Origin: Lama glama
Taxonomy: Eukaryota
DNA length: 60,000 bases
Direction of reading: 5' to 3'
NCBI GenBank assembly: GCA_028534125.1
Contig: CM052832.1
Span: forward strand, 7,814,001-7,874,000
Positions 36,865-48,895 of this stretch are shown piece after piece. The position numbers and the translations under genes are program-made. The notes under the pieces are model-generated. The model did not search any database. It was not told the DNA's origin and saw only the letters and a list, made by a program, of their open reading frames with translations. Numbering within the stretch: position 1 is the stretch's first letter; the number at the start of each line of letters is the position of its first letter.

Positions 36865-37091
36865 CAGTGGAGGCTGGAAAACTTTTTCTGAAAAAAATCA
36901 GATCATAAATAGTTTAGGTTTTGCAGGCCACACAGACACTGTCACAACTACTCCATCTTGCCATTGTAATGTGAAAGCAGTCACAGATAAATACATAAAG
37001 GAATAGGCATGGCTGTGATTCAATAAAGCTTTACTGACAAAAACAGGTGGCGGGCCAGGTTTGACGTACAGGTCTGACTTTGCTGACTCTG
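36865..37091. mobile_element. MER58A hAT DNA transposon (within MLT1 remnant extending to ~37400)
   Basis: aaactttttctg...taaatagtttaggttttgcaggcca...tgtcacaactactc...ggcatggctgtgattcaataaagctttact...aaaaacaggtggcgggcc. Confidence 0.88.
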
Positions 37092-37519
37092 CTATTAAGG
37101 ACCCAACTCCTCTGTCTTCCTACTCTGCGTTAGCATGTTGGCTTTTCTCATCATGCTTGTTCCACCATTGTCACAGGTGGCTACTCCACCCCTAGCATCA
37201 TCTCCTTTTACAGAATCCTGCTAGATTCCACCCAGTTACTTCCACCTACATCTCACTGGCCCAAACCATATCATACGACCACCTCTATCAGCCAAAACAA
37301 ATTGAAACATAGTGGGTTTTAGAGGGATACTTTGCCACCCTGAATAAACCAGGGTTCATCATGGAAGGAAGGGAGGGATGGAGAAGAGAGAGAGGGAGAA
37401 AGACTGGATAAAGAGCAGGCAATGAGCAGTGTTTACCTCAGTGTCCACGTTCCCGTTCACTCTGGTGTCCCCACCCTCAGCCCAGTGCCGGGCCCGTGGC
37501 GAGGAGGAGGAAGAAGACG

Positions 37520-37740
37520 GCAACCACTACTGAGCCAGGTGCTGGGCTAATCAATTCCCATTCATTTGTTTGTTTAACCCTAAAACCAGCCCTGCGGCAT
37601 AGGTGTCACTATTCTTCCATGTCTACACACTACGGAGACTGAAGTTAAGCATCTCGCCCCACGTCACAGTTAGGAAGTAGCACAGCCAGGATTCAAACCT
37701 GCTTCCGTCTGACTTGGAGCCAGCGCTCAAAGCCACCAGG
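37520..37740 (-). mobile_element. MIR SINE
   Basis: gagccaggtgctgggctaa...gagactgaagttaagc...gtcacagttaggaagtagcacagccaggattcaaacc. Confidence 0.75.
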
Positions 37741-39106
37741 ACATGTTTATGGAAAGACAGAGGCTGAACCAGATGACCTTGACGTTGACGGCTGCTCTGC
37801 CCTGATAGGCCGTGAGAGCTACCATTGCTTAAGCAAACTGACACAGAGACTCTCTGTGGTTTCCACCTCCCGCCCAGGACCAGGCTCCAATTACTGTCCT
37901 TTCCAATTTCTCTCTCCCCAGTTATGCAGACCATATTTTCTGAAACAAAAATCAGGACACATCTGGTTCTGGCCTGGCACATGGTCTCCCAACATGGCAG
38001 ATGGTTTGAAATCAAGACGTTTTTGGAAATTCAAGGACACAGAGTTGCTGCCCCAGGGTTCCTCTGAATCGGGGATGCAGGCTTCCCCCAGCCAAGACGC
38101 AAGGACCAGGGCCACTGCCTGTGATTCTCCTGTTCATTTAGGAAAGATGGAGGGTGGCTGTGGACATTTGGAAATTATGGAACCCATAGACTTTTTTTGC
38201 CTCAGAGCAGAGATTGGGCAATCAGAAATCTCCAGGAAAACTGGGGTCTCTGGATCATACTCTGGAGTATGAGACTCTGCTTCACTGGGGCAAAGATTCC
38301 CAGAGAACCAGAAAGTAAGTGCATCATAATGACCATGTAGGTTGTCCCTGGAGAACCAGGAAGGAAACCCACAGGGGTGCATTCAAATAGAAGCTAGCCA
38401 GGATGGCTCGGCTGGTTGGGACTCACTCAACTTGTGGACCCCCAGTGTAGGAGTGAGGAGGGAGCCGTGATCACCTGCATTTCTCTGCCAGCATCCTCCT
38501 CCCCTTCAGAGACAAGCCCTCTTCTGTCTCCACAGGGCTCCAGTGCCTCCATGCTGCCCCCAGGAAGCCCAGCCTCCTCCTGGGAGGTACCTGGGTATCA
38601 CAGCCCCTGCCAAGAAGCCCCTTCCCATCGCTCAGCTGCCCTCCTCACCAAACAGGTATGTCTACCCTCACACCCTCACCTATTTTATAGCTGAGGACAC
38701 AGTGTCACTAGAGATTGAGTGACATCCCACTGTAGCCCAGAGGAGGGGCTGGAAAGTAAGACCTCAAAAACCCCCATCCCCACTCATGGGCCTGCTGGTC
38801 TCCCTAACCCACCCCGAATGCAGACCCACAGGGCAACAGGAAGACTTTGTAAGCAGGTCAGATGCAGGAGGTACAGTTGGGAGGCTGGTGTGAGGACCAA
38901 CAAGGGTGACCCCAGCCCTCCGGGTTTGGGCCGAGCGGAGAGGACAGACCAGACTATGTCACTCCCCAAGTCTTCTGACCATCCGCTAAGCATGTAATAT
39001 GTACAGATTCCCCAAAGGGCCATGGTGTCTCAGAGCTTCTGCCCACACTGCTCTCCCACCTGGAACACTCTGCCCCCAGAAAACAGGACCCTTGAGGGTG
39101 GGAGGG

Positions 39107-39179
39107 ATCCAAAGAGCACGACTTTCCATCTGTAAATCCAAAGAGCACGACTTTCCATCTGTAAATCAAGAGAGCATGA
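39107..39179 (+). repeat. Perfect 29-bp tandem duplication plus degenerate partial third unit
   Basis: atccaaagagcacgactttccatctgtaa x2 (39107-39135, 39136-39164), then atcaagagagcatga. Confidence 0.95.
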
Positions 39180-40907
39180 TCACCTTCACGAGCTGCCAGG
39201 AGGATTCAAAGAGAAGATGTAATCAGAGTGCCTCGAACAACACCAGCCACACCAGAGCCAAGGGGCGGAAACATGGAGAAGGTATGTGGACCATTCACAG
39301 AAGGGAAAAAACAGCCAGGGGAGAGGTCAGTGTCATAAGCTGCACTCAGGCAAGGAAGAACAGGAGTCACTGCTAGCCTTGGTATAAATCTGTCTTTGGA
39401 CAGAGGCCGTAGAACAAGCGTGGACTCCGGACTCTGGCCGCCTGCATTCAGATCCCAGCTCTGCTGCACTAGCAAGACAGGGAACGTCTCTGGACCCTAT
39501 CGGGCCCCTCTGTATGTCCGTTTCGTCATTCGGGAAGTGGGCTAAGGGGATTCACGGGCGGTGGGTGTACACTGCAGACCCTGACGCCTGGAGAGCACTG
39601 GGTAGGTGCTTCCTATTATTCCTCAGACCATACTAACAGCCACCAGGCCTTGAGCCCTGAGATGTGGCTGGCACAGAGCCAGGGACATACGTTACTCTCC
39701 ATCCTCACATAGCCCGCCAAGCAACTGCTGAGAAGAGTGAGGCTCAGGGCCATCCAGGGAGAAAGTGACCAGGCTGGGATTGGACCCCCAATTACCAGGC
39801 TCAAGAGCAGAAGCCGGAGCACAAGATTTTCTGGTCACTTTTGGGAGACAGGTTATGGGGGAATCAAAATCCCTCTGCCCAAGTTCATCTGTTTTCACCG
39901 TGTGTTTCTTGCCTCTCCTCCTGTAAGATGATACAGAGCAAACAGAAACAAGTCCCAGAGCGCTTTGGGAATTAAAGCAATCAATTTCTGAAAGCTGATG
40001 GAGACATCAGAACCAGCCCCCAGATCCTCCCTCTCACCCCACCACTCAGTGGCTTCTCTGGGGCATCCTGAGAGCCGCATGCTCACCACCGGCGTCCTCG
40101 ACCTCCCTCCCCATCAGGGGTCTGGGCCTGCCACGAAGCACCTTGTGCTGTCCAAGGAGCCGCCCAGGTCTCCTGGGTCTGCTCTCTGCCCTGCTCCAGC
40201 CCACCCAGTGAACGCTCCAACTCGCCTTGGGCAGAAGCCTGGGGAGGTGGGGCTCCTTTATCAAACAAGCTTGTCCTTGTATGAGGAATCTCCCTGATGA
40301 GTATCCCCAAGACCTTTCCTGGGATCAGATACATTCACATCTGTCCCCAGTTCTCTCACCGCCCCGAACCCAGTGCCACATGGCTCTCTCAAAACCAATG
40401 AATGACTCTCGCCGGCCCTGAGGTTCACCCACTGACACAGCCCTCAGAAGGCCTGGTGTGAGGCCAAGTCTGGAGGTCCACATTCCCTGATCTCCTCCCT
40501 CCTGCCTGCCCTTGGCCCTGCTGGAGAGGTCCACGTGGGGCATTGAACCAGGTGATGGTGGCCGTTAGTGAGGGCCTCGAAGGGAGCGATCCAAACGCAT
40601 CCTACCCGCCCCGCTTTCAGCCACCCCTTCTCCAGAGCAGAGGCCCCGCCCTGCACATTAGCGACTCCTGGCATCACAACCTGCCCCCAGTGGAAGCCCC
40701 ACAGCCTGGACTTACTCTCTAAACCAGAGTCAGCCCCTCGGAAGAGAACTAGCCAACGGGCCTCCTAAAACCACAGGCTGTGAGAGCCACCCACAGGGTT
40801 TTGACCTCCCAGGACCAGCACACAGCAGAACCCCATACACGCCAGGCCCCGCCACACAGATGCGGATGCCACCCACCTGTGAGGGGCCCAGGCACATACA
40901 TCATCTT

Positions 40908-41460
40908 GTTTTTATTGACGTATAGTTAATTTATAATATTATATCAGTTTCAGGTGTACAATATAGTGATTCACTATTTTCCTAGATTATACTCCATTTA
41001 AAGTTATTGTAAAATTTTGGCTCTATTTCCTATATCGGCTGTACAATATATCCTTGTAGCTTATTTATTTTATACGTAGTAGTTTGTATCTCTTGATCCC
41101 CTTCCCCTTCCTTCCTCTTTCCCTCTCCCCACTGGTAACCACTAGTTTGTACTTTATATCTGTAAGTCTGTTTCTGTTCTGTTCTATTCATTTGTTTTAT
41201 TTTTTTAGATTCCACATATAAGTGATAACATTCAGTATTTGTCTTTCTCTGTCTAACTTATTTCACTAAGCATAATACCTTCTAGGTCCATTCATGTTGA
41301 AAAAAGAATTTCATTCTTTTTTATGGCTGAGTAGTATTCAACTATCCACACACACACACACACACATATGGATGCCACATCTGCAAATGATGTGACTGAT
41401 AACAGGTTAACATCCAAACTATATAAATAACTCATATAACTCAATATTCAAAGATAAAAA
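40908..41460 (-). mobile_element. 5'-inverted L1: minus-strand 3' end (~40908-41380) + plus-strand ORF2 fragment (~41380-41460)
   Basis: ttttattgacgtatagtt...ttagattccacatataagtga...tatggctgagtagtattc, then tgcaaatgatgtgactgataacaggttaacatccaaa (ANDVTDNRLTSKLYK); degenerate TSD aggcacatacatcatctt / aggcgtatgagtcatctt. Confidence 0.85.
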
Positions 41461-42076
41461 AGGCGTATGAGTCATCTTAATACCTCCCCAGCCATGCTTG
41501 ATAACCACTGGGTCAGACCACCTTCACTGAAGGTCTTTGAGGGGCTCATTTTAGGGGTTGATGGTTAAATCAGGCTCCATTCAAACTACATGTATTGGAG
41601 AACTACTCTGTTGCATAAACTTGTGCCAAGACGTGTGAAGATGCACAAGGTGTGAGCATTGCCTTGAGGTGCTGGCATGAGAAGCTGGAATAAGACAATG
41701 ACCTCTCAGCATCTTGCCAGGGCCCTGTGATACACAACTCCAGGGGACACCCTTCACTCTGGAGACATCAGAGATATCTCCAGAGGGTGCTACCAACATG
41801 GAATGGATGCTTATGATGGCCACAGCCGTGCCACGTGGGGCTTGCACAGGAACCTGAGGAGGTAGTGAAGGCAGAATGCCAGTCTCTCTTTGGACCCCAA
41901 TAAGCTGCTCCCCACCTGCAGTCCAGCTTCATCTCACTTCACTCCTTCCAAAAACATGAGCTCACTAGGTTGTGAGCTCCTGGCAGCACTTTTCTACTGA
42001 AGATGGACATATGATGTATGGTCCAAAGCAGGCACTCCTGAGGTGACCAGGCGGCGCTAATAAGAATTACATCAGA

Positions 42077-42189
42077 TTCTATTACATGTTTTCCCCCTTT
42101 TCCCATTCACTTCCTGTATTAGTCATCTACTGCTATGTGACAAATTACCCCAAAACACAGAGGCTTAAAACAGGAAGAAAAAAAAAAAA
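42077..42189 (+). mobile_element. Poly(A)-tailed, TSD-flanked non-L1 retroposed insert (contains antisense MLT1 LTR terminus)
   Basis: TSD aagaattacatc(a/g)ga at 42062-42076 and 42190-42204; A14 at 42178-42191; tgtattagtcatctactgctatgtgacaaattaccccaaaac...gcttaaaaca is the reverse complement of an MLT1 3' end. Confidence 0.8.
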
Positions 42190-43061
42190 AAGAATTACAT
42201 CGGAGCAACAGGTATAAGCCAGAACCACCCCAGGCAACAGGAAGCGTGCCCCCCCCAACTTCTATTCCTCCTGGATCCCCCTCTGGCCCACACAGAACTT
42301 TGCACAGAAGACATACTGAGAAATATCAGGAATGTTAAATATTCTCCGCTCGATGGATTTACTTTCATCTCAGCAGCTGCACCAACTACAGAAACAACCT
42401 TCATTTTGAGAGGGTCCTACTTTACAGCACCAAAGGAGCAGTGGCCTGCTCAGGGTCTCCGTGTTGAATTAATTTCCCTGGTAGTCAGAGCAAAACCAGG
42501 TTGCAGGTTCCTTCACCAACCAAAGAGCATAACAAAAAAAGCATACATCTGACTCGTCCCCACTCCCCAGGGGTGGTTAAGGAGCAAAGTCATGGCCCTG
42601 CCGTCCAACATGAAGCCTGGAGAGAAGATTAGAGGGTTGAACTGAGGGAGGTAGAAGTGGGAATTACACTTCCCTTGTAGAACATAGTAAAATATTAGGA
42701 GACCACTGTCAGAGTCATCAATTCATCATTAGTTCCACGAACCTTTGGACCAGTGCACGGCCCTGAAGCCACAGTCAATCAGCCAAGACAATGAAGGGGG
42801 TGAGATCAGGACCCACTCCCGCTCTGCACCTCTCAATACAGTTTTACTAGTTGGCAGGTACCCAAGCTGCTCTTCCCACTAGAAACTTCCTCCACTGGCC
42901 GCAGGGATTTTCCTGTACCCACCTCCACATCAAAAGGCGCCTGTCCTATATTACATGACCTTGACCATGGACCCTCCCCCTCCAAAAATATGAAAGCCTG
43001 CTTGGGTATTGATGCCTGCTTGGGGTCAAGCAGGCTGCCCCTCTCTGGTTAGCTGTTGTTT

Positions 43062-43067
43062 TGTGTG

Positions 43068-43098
<31 letters not shown>

Positions 43099-43101
43099 TT
43101 T
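43062..43101. repeat. (GT)n followed by poly(T)
   Basis: Direct read. Confidence 0.9.
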
Positions 43102-44400
43102 GACGGGAGACTTCTTGACCTGAAGGCATGTCTCCTAGGAGGAGAATTTCTATTTCAGGCCAAAGGGTAGTTGGACATCTTTGAGCTCTTTAAAATTACA
43201 TCCTATGTAAGTGGACACTTCTCGCCTGACCCACAAAAACAGGGAGGACCAAGGCCAAACCCATCAGTAGCTGAAAAGTGGTGCTCTGGGGCGATGGGCC
43301 GTGTTCTCTGGTTTTGTTTGTGACTTGCTCACAACCCAGTCTCTTGAAAATAGACTCGCTGCCATCCCTGTGGCTCACGTCTTTGTGGCTGGTCCTGACA
43401 CAGAGCCCTTCTGAAATGACAGACACTCGTATAGAACAACGCTAGAGGACCGGCTCCATTCGGGAACCTGGAAGGTCTCTAGGGGGGTGAGGGGATGGGG
43501 GCACATGCCTGTTGGCAGGTATCGTGTTCCCTGGCAAGTCTAGAAGAGACAGGGGAGAGGGCAAGCTGCTGAAATGGCCAAGCGTCTCCAAAAGCTGGAG
43601 GGTTGAAAGGCAAGGATGAGAGGTCCCCTGTCTTTTTCCCGGGCTCTCTTCACAGCTGTTTTTATTTTGCCAAATGTACTGGAATTAAAATTGCTGATTA
43701 GAATTAGAGTCAGTTTGAGGCTTCAAACAGGACTCTCCCTCTCTAATTAGGGGACTGCGTCTCATCAGTTGCTCAGCCAGGAACACATGGTTACCACTTG
43801 CGGGACCACGGTGCCCCTCACCCGTTGCAAATGTGTCCAAGGACTCCGCCTTGCTGCCCAAAGTTGGTGCTTCAAGAGACCAGGCAATAACCGTTGCCCA
43901 CACCCCTCGGGAGCCCCGAGTTCCTAAACCACTGAAGGTCGCCCTTGTCGCCCTGGAGCAAGACACCCTCAGCCCATCTTTCAGTGCCTCCTTGTCCCTG
44001 CTTCAGGGCCCTCCCCCAGATGCCCAGAGCCTTCCTGGACACTGCCCCTCTCTCAGACATTTTAGGGAGAAGGAACATTTCTTAAGTATCTGGATGTCCC
44101 AGGTCCTCCGCTCAGCATCCAGCACTCACTGTCACGTTTTACCTCCACGTCCCAAACGGAGAGACAGAAGTATCTTTCCCATCACCCACATGTCCCTGTC
44201 AGAGTGAAAATCTGAAATAACCTCTGTAGCACCAAAGCTCATGCTCCTCTTAAGTCCTTTCCTGCTGCCTCCAACCCCTGCCCAAAACTGAGCTGCCAGT
44301 CTTTCGAAACCCTTGGCGTCTAGCTCTCTGATAACTGAAAAGCCAGTCAACTTGTAAGAGCGCAACTGTTTGTAGTAGCTAATGGTTTCAAATGGTTTAA

Positions 44401-44713
44401 ACGCCTGCCCCTTTCTTCCCAGCTTTGCCCGAGATTGCTGACTTCCAGATCTGGATACCCAGCTGCTGTCTCTCCCCCACCTCCAACACCTCCTCCCTTG
44501 TCTCTCTATCTGTTGGTGACAGACCCTCCCCTCTCACCCTAAACCCAAACCCAACACCACACGGGGGAGAAGCCAGTGAACTTTGGCCCAGAGGGAGGTG
44601 AGTGGAGACCAAGCCAGGTCCTTAGCTATTGCTGCCATGATGATCAGATCAAACCTACTTGTGCATTTGGAGATGTTTCCACCTCCCAAAGGGGCCTTCC
44701 TTCTGTAAACAAG
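44401..44713 (+). repeat. Copy 1 of ~315-bp local direct duplication
   Basis: Collinear with 46967-47283, roughly 85% identical by eye. Confidence 0.95.
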
Positions 44714-45011
44714 CGTCTGACATTGGTGCCCTCAGAGTTACTGCACACAGTTTGTGAATCTATATAGATGTCAGGCAGTGTTGGTATGTCACATAAATGG
44801 ATATAAATAGAGATTATAACATAATATTTCTCAAACAGATAATAAGGTTCAAATTCATTTAAAAGCACTTTGTACTTTCCAAGTATAGCTACTATCATAT
44901 CTATATCCATGAAATGTTCTGAGTTTAAGAGAAGCCTTCCTACTGCAAAAGGAATCGTGGATTAAAATATTACACACACTCCATCCTAACCTCAGCATCC
45001 TCAGATAGATC

Positions 45012-45435
45012 TTCATTTCATCCAGAAGAGGTTTGCTGGGTGCCCACTGGATGCCAGATACTTTTTAGGTGCTGGGGTGGTATATCCATAAACATGGTAG
45101 ACCAATAGCCTCTGCCTCCCCTGAGCATATGTTCTGGTAGGAGGAGACAGAAAATAAACAGGCGGAGGGTGTTGTGGCAGCGGGTGCAGCTCAGTGGTAG
45201 GGTGTGTGCTTAGCATGCGCGAGGTCCTGGGTTCAATCCCCAGTACTTCCATTAAGTAAATAAATAAATACATCTAATTACCACCCCCCCTAAAAAAAGG
45301 GTATCATATGTTAGGTAAAAGTGCATAAAAATAAAGTAGAAAAGGATAAGGGGAATTGGAAGTTTTGGGAGGGGACCACAGTTTGAATATGGAGGTCCAG
45401 CAGACCTCACTGAGATGTGGCTTTGAGCATGGGAC
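45012..45435 (-). mobile_element. L2 3' fragment interrupted by SINE
   Basis: cttcatttcatcca...tgccagatactttttaggtgctgggg...ggagacagaaaataaaca / ...gacctcactgagatgtggctttgagc. Confidence 0.75.
45176..45297 (+). mobile_element. Camelid tRNA-Ala-derived SINE (vic-1 type)
   Basis: gcagctcagtggtag...gtgcttagcatgcgcgaggtcctgggttcaatccccagtacttcca + (AAAT)n + ctaattacc; degenerate TSD agggtgttgt / agggtatcat. Confidence 0.92.
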
Positions 45436-46589
45436 CGATTTATGGGCTTTCTAGCAACATTCTCAAGCCAAAGACTTCATTTTGCGTAGGCATTTCCAGA
45501 TTTTGAAAGAGGGGTGGAGAGATGTTAAGGGACCTAGGGGGCTTCTAGAACCCCACAAAGATTCTTCACCGAATAGGCACGGTCTGTCCTTGGAGCCTGG
45601 CCTCACGGAAGCATGATGGGACTGAATGACTGAAAGAGTTCCTCCCTGAATGCCCCTGTAGGGGACAGCACAGGCCCCGACCTCGTCCCTCGTGGTTTCT
45701 TTAGGCCAGGAGGCCAGACTTCTCACCACGGGGCCAGCCCCACACAGGCAGGCCACCCACCCCAGGCACACATTTGTTCCAGGACCGCCTGCCCTGCCCT
45801 GCTTCACTGTCAGTGTCCTCCGTCTGCCTACATGGCCTTGACCTTTGACTAGGCCTGGCACAACTTCCCAGCTTCCTGCCCTCGTCCAACAGAGCCTCAT
45901 GTGGGCCATGCCCTTTTTTTGCTCCTGACTGGCTAAGCACTGATGCAAATATTCCAACTCCAAAAAGCAAATATGTCTCTCCAGGCCCCAGGCACTGAGA
46001 ACCTTGAGCTTTCTGCACCTACTTCCCACAGCAAGGTCGCCGCCTTGCAGACCAGCAATGCTTTCTCTTTGGAAGGTCTCCTTTCACCTAGAAACAAACC
46101 CTGAGATGCACCCACGACAGGAGAACAGGGGGTGCCGGCTGCTCGTGTGACCCCCCTCCCCCATGTTCTCCACGGCAGCAGTGCTTCAAACGGAGCCTCA
46201 GCAAATTTCCCGATTGCCTCCTAGGACCAATCAGACTTTGCAACCGCAGGTGCCCTGCCCACCAACACCGGGAGCCGGCCACCGTACGCCCTGCGTGTGG
46301 GACAATTTGCCAAGAGCCCTATGCGTGGTCCCCACCTCAGGAATCAGGTGGGCTGTCTGGGCCCAGGGGCACCGCTCAGTGGTCCGCGGTGGGTCCCTTG
46401 TAGGGGGAGCTCTCAGTTTCTCCTTTTGGGGAAGAGAGCTCAGGCATGGAGGACACAGGCTTTAGGAGCTGGAAAAGTCCTGGTATAGAAACAATGAATG
46501 TCCCTTCTTAGCAGAGGTTCCAGTCCCCTCTCTACACATTTCAATCCTGGTCTGGAATCTTTCACCATTTTTTTTCTTTATTGTAATAG

Positions 46590-46790
46590 CAATTGCCTTC
46601 TGATCATAAAAAATTAGGACAGTGGTCACCTCTGGGAGACACAGGATAGGGAGGTTCTGGAACCCTGGTAAATAATCCGTTTCTTGACCTGGTGGTGGTT
46701 GAAAGGGAGTTGACTTCATAACCATTCAGTAAACAATGCATTTATGTTTTATACTTTTTAATACGTGTGTTATTACACAGAAAAAAAGAT
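46590..46790 (+). mobile_element. L1ME-type 3' terminus
   Basis: aggacagtggtcacctctggg...ttctggaaccctggtaaa...tttcttgacctggtggtggtt...tgtgttattacacagaaaaaaa. Confidence 0.7.
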
Positions 46791-46966
46791 GCTGACACTG
46801 AAGACATTGCTCTGGTCCTTGAAGAGGTTGTGGTCTCCTTAGGGCCTTGCTGGTGTGTGCTCCTGACCAGTGCCCCCTCCTCTTCACCCATCCCTTGCTG
46901 TTGCCTGTCCTGGTTTCTCTTCCTCCCCACCTTCCTGCAGACAACACCGGTAACCCGCAGTCTTCC

Positions 46967-47283
46967 ACGCCTGCCCTTTCTTTCTATCTTTGTCCGAGAT
47001 TGCTGACTTTCAGTTCTGGATAGCCAGATGGTGTCTCTCTCCCCACCTCCACCGCCCCCTCCCTTGTCCCTTTTTTCTAGCTGTTGGTGACAGACCCTCC
47101 CTTCTTCCCCCGAAACCCCAACCGAATGCCACATGTGGGAGAAGCCAGTGCACTTTGGCCCAGAGAGAGTTGAGTGGAGACCAAGCCGGGCCCTTAGTTA
47201 TAGCTGTCATGTTGATCAGATCAAACCTACTTGTGCATTTGGAGATGTTTCGACCTCCCAAAGGTCCTCCCTCTGTAAGCAAG
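46967..47283 (+). repeat. Copy 2 of ~315-bp local direct duplication
   Basis: Collinear with 44401-44713; 39-bp identical core at 47213-47251 = 44641-44679. Confidence 0.95.
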
Positions 47284-47294
47284 ACTAGAACTGA

Positions 47295-48895
47295 CGAAGA
47301 AGCAAATGGAGACTCAGAAAAATGGAAGTCATACCATAATCTTGGAGAGGAAGATTCAGCCTCAAAATGAAATGTCAATCTTTCTTCAATGACTCTTTTA
47401 ATTTAATGAATTCCCCCAAAATGCTGACAGGTATCTTTTGAACCAGATTATAGGATTCTAAATTTCATATGGAGAAATTAACAAATAAGAATAACATAGA
47501 CAACTCTGAAAAAGCAGAGAAATGAGAAGGTCCTACTCTATCAGGTATTAAAACACATTCAATGACTTAAAGAACTGTGATACTGGCACATAAATAGATA
47601 AACGGATGGAACAGAATAGGAAGACCAGAAATGGGTCCAAATAACATAGGATTTGTTATGATAAAACTGGCATTTCAAATCACTGGTGGAGAATCTAGAT
47701 TATTCAATAAATAGCATTGGAATATCTTGCTAGGAAGCTAGGTAAAAATAAAATTGGACTCACTCATTTAGAAAACTCAAAATTGATCCAAGACTTAAAA
47801 GATAATAAAACTATGAAAGTGCTAGAAAAAGACATAGGAGAATTCTTTAAAAACCCTGGAGTAGAGAAGGCCTTTCTAACTCTATCAGAATATCCATATT
47901 ATAAAAGGGAAGTGTGATTTGATTATGTGAAAATCAAAGCTTCAGCAAAAAAATGAAAGCAAACAAATCCTAAGCAAAAAAATTTTTAGGAAGTCAAACT
48001 AGCAAGAAACATTTGCAACTCATCTCATCAACAAAGAGCTGATCTCTAGAATAAATAAAGAGCTCTTGCAAATTAATAAGAAAAAAGACCAACAACACAG
48101 TGCAAAAATAAGCAAAGGATAGAAACAGGTAATTTTTTAAAGAAAGAACTACAAATCTCTCTTAAGCATTTGAAAATACCTCATAACCTCACTCATAATA
48201 AGAAAATATAAATTAAAACTATTTCACTTTTTTTCTATCAGAATGACAGAAGTCTGAAAGTTTGGACACACATTCTGTTGGTGGAACTATACAGAAAATG
48301 GCACTCTCACACACTGCTGAAAGGAACAAAAATTGTCACAATAAACCCCTATAGAGGGTAATTTAGTATCTCTCAAAATATAAAATGCATATACCCTTCA
48401 ACCCAGCAATTCCACTTTTAGGAATTTATCCTTCAGGTACACTTGAATGCATGGGAAAGACATAAGTGCAAGATATCCATTGCATGATGATTTGTAACAG
48501 CAAAAGGTTGGAAACAACCTAAATGTATGTGAGTGGGGAACCTGTTAAATCATGGTACTCTTACAATCTATACAACTGTTGAAAAGAGAGAGGGCAATCT
48601 TTATGCTCTTTATTATTGTATGGAAATACTTCCAAGATGTAGTAAGTGAAAAGAGCAGGATGCAGTATAGTGTCACACTATTCACAAGAAGAGCAAAGAT
48701 GAAAATAGCGCATATCTTAATTATCTCACAAATTTACAAATCTGCATGGGAATAATGAACTAACAACAATGGTTACCCATCAGATGGGCTAGTGGGCACA
48801 TGGGTGGGACAGTGCCTTTTTATGCTATACCTTGAAATAGGTTTTAATGTTTGAACCCTATAGACGTTATCTATTCAGAATAATAAATTTAAAAC
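47295..48895 (+). mobile_element. Ancient L1 (L1ME-type) ORF2 3' half + 3'UTR, degenerate
   Basis: ttctaaatttcatatggaga; aacagaataggaagaccagaaat; tattcaataaatagcattgg; acccagcaattccacttttaggaatttatcct; ggaaacaacctaaatgt. Confidence 0.9.

Noticed and set aside
39107..39179. CRISPR-like repeat
   Set aside because: The units are directly adjacent with no spacers, in a eukaryotic context with no cas genes.
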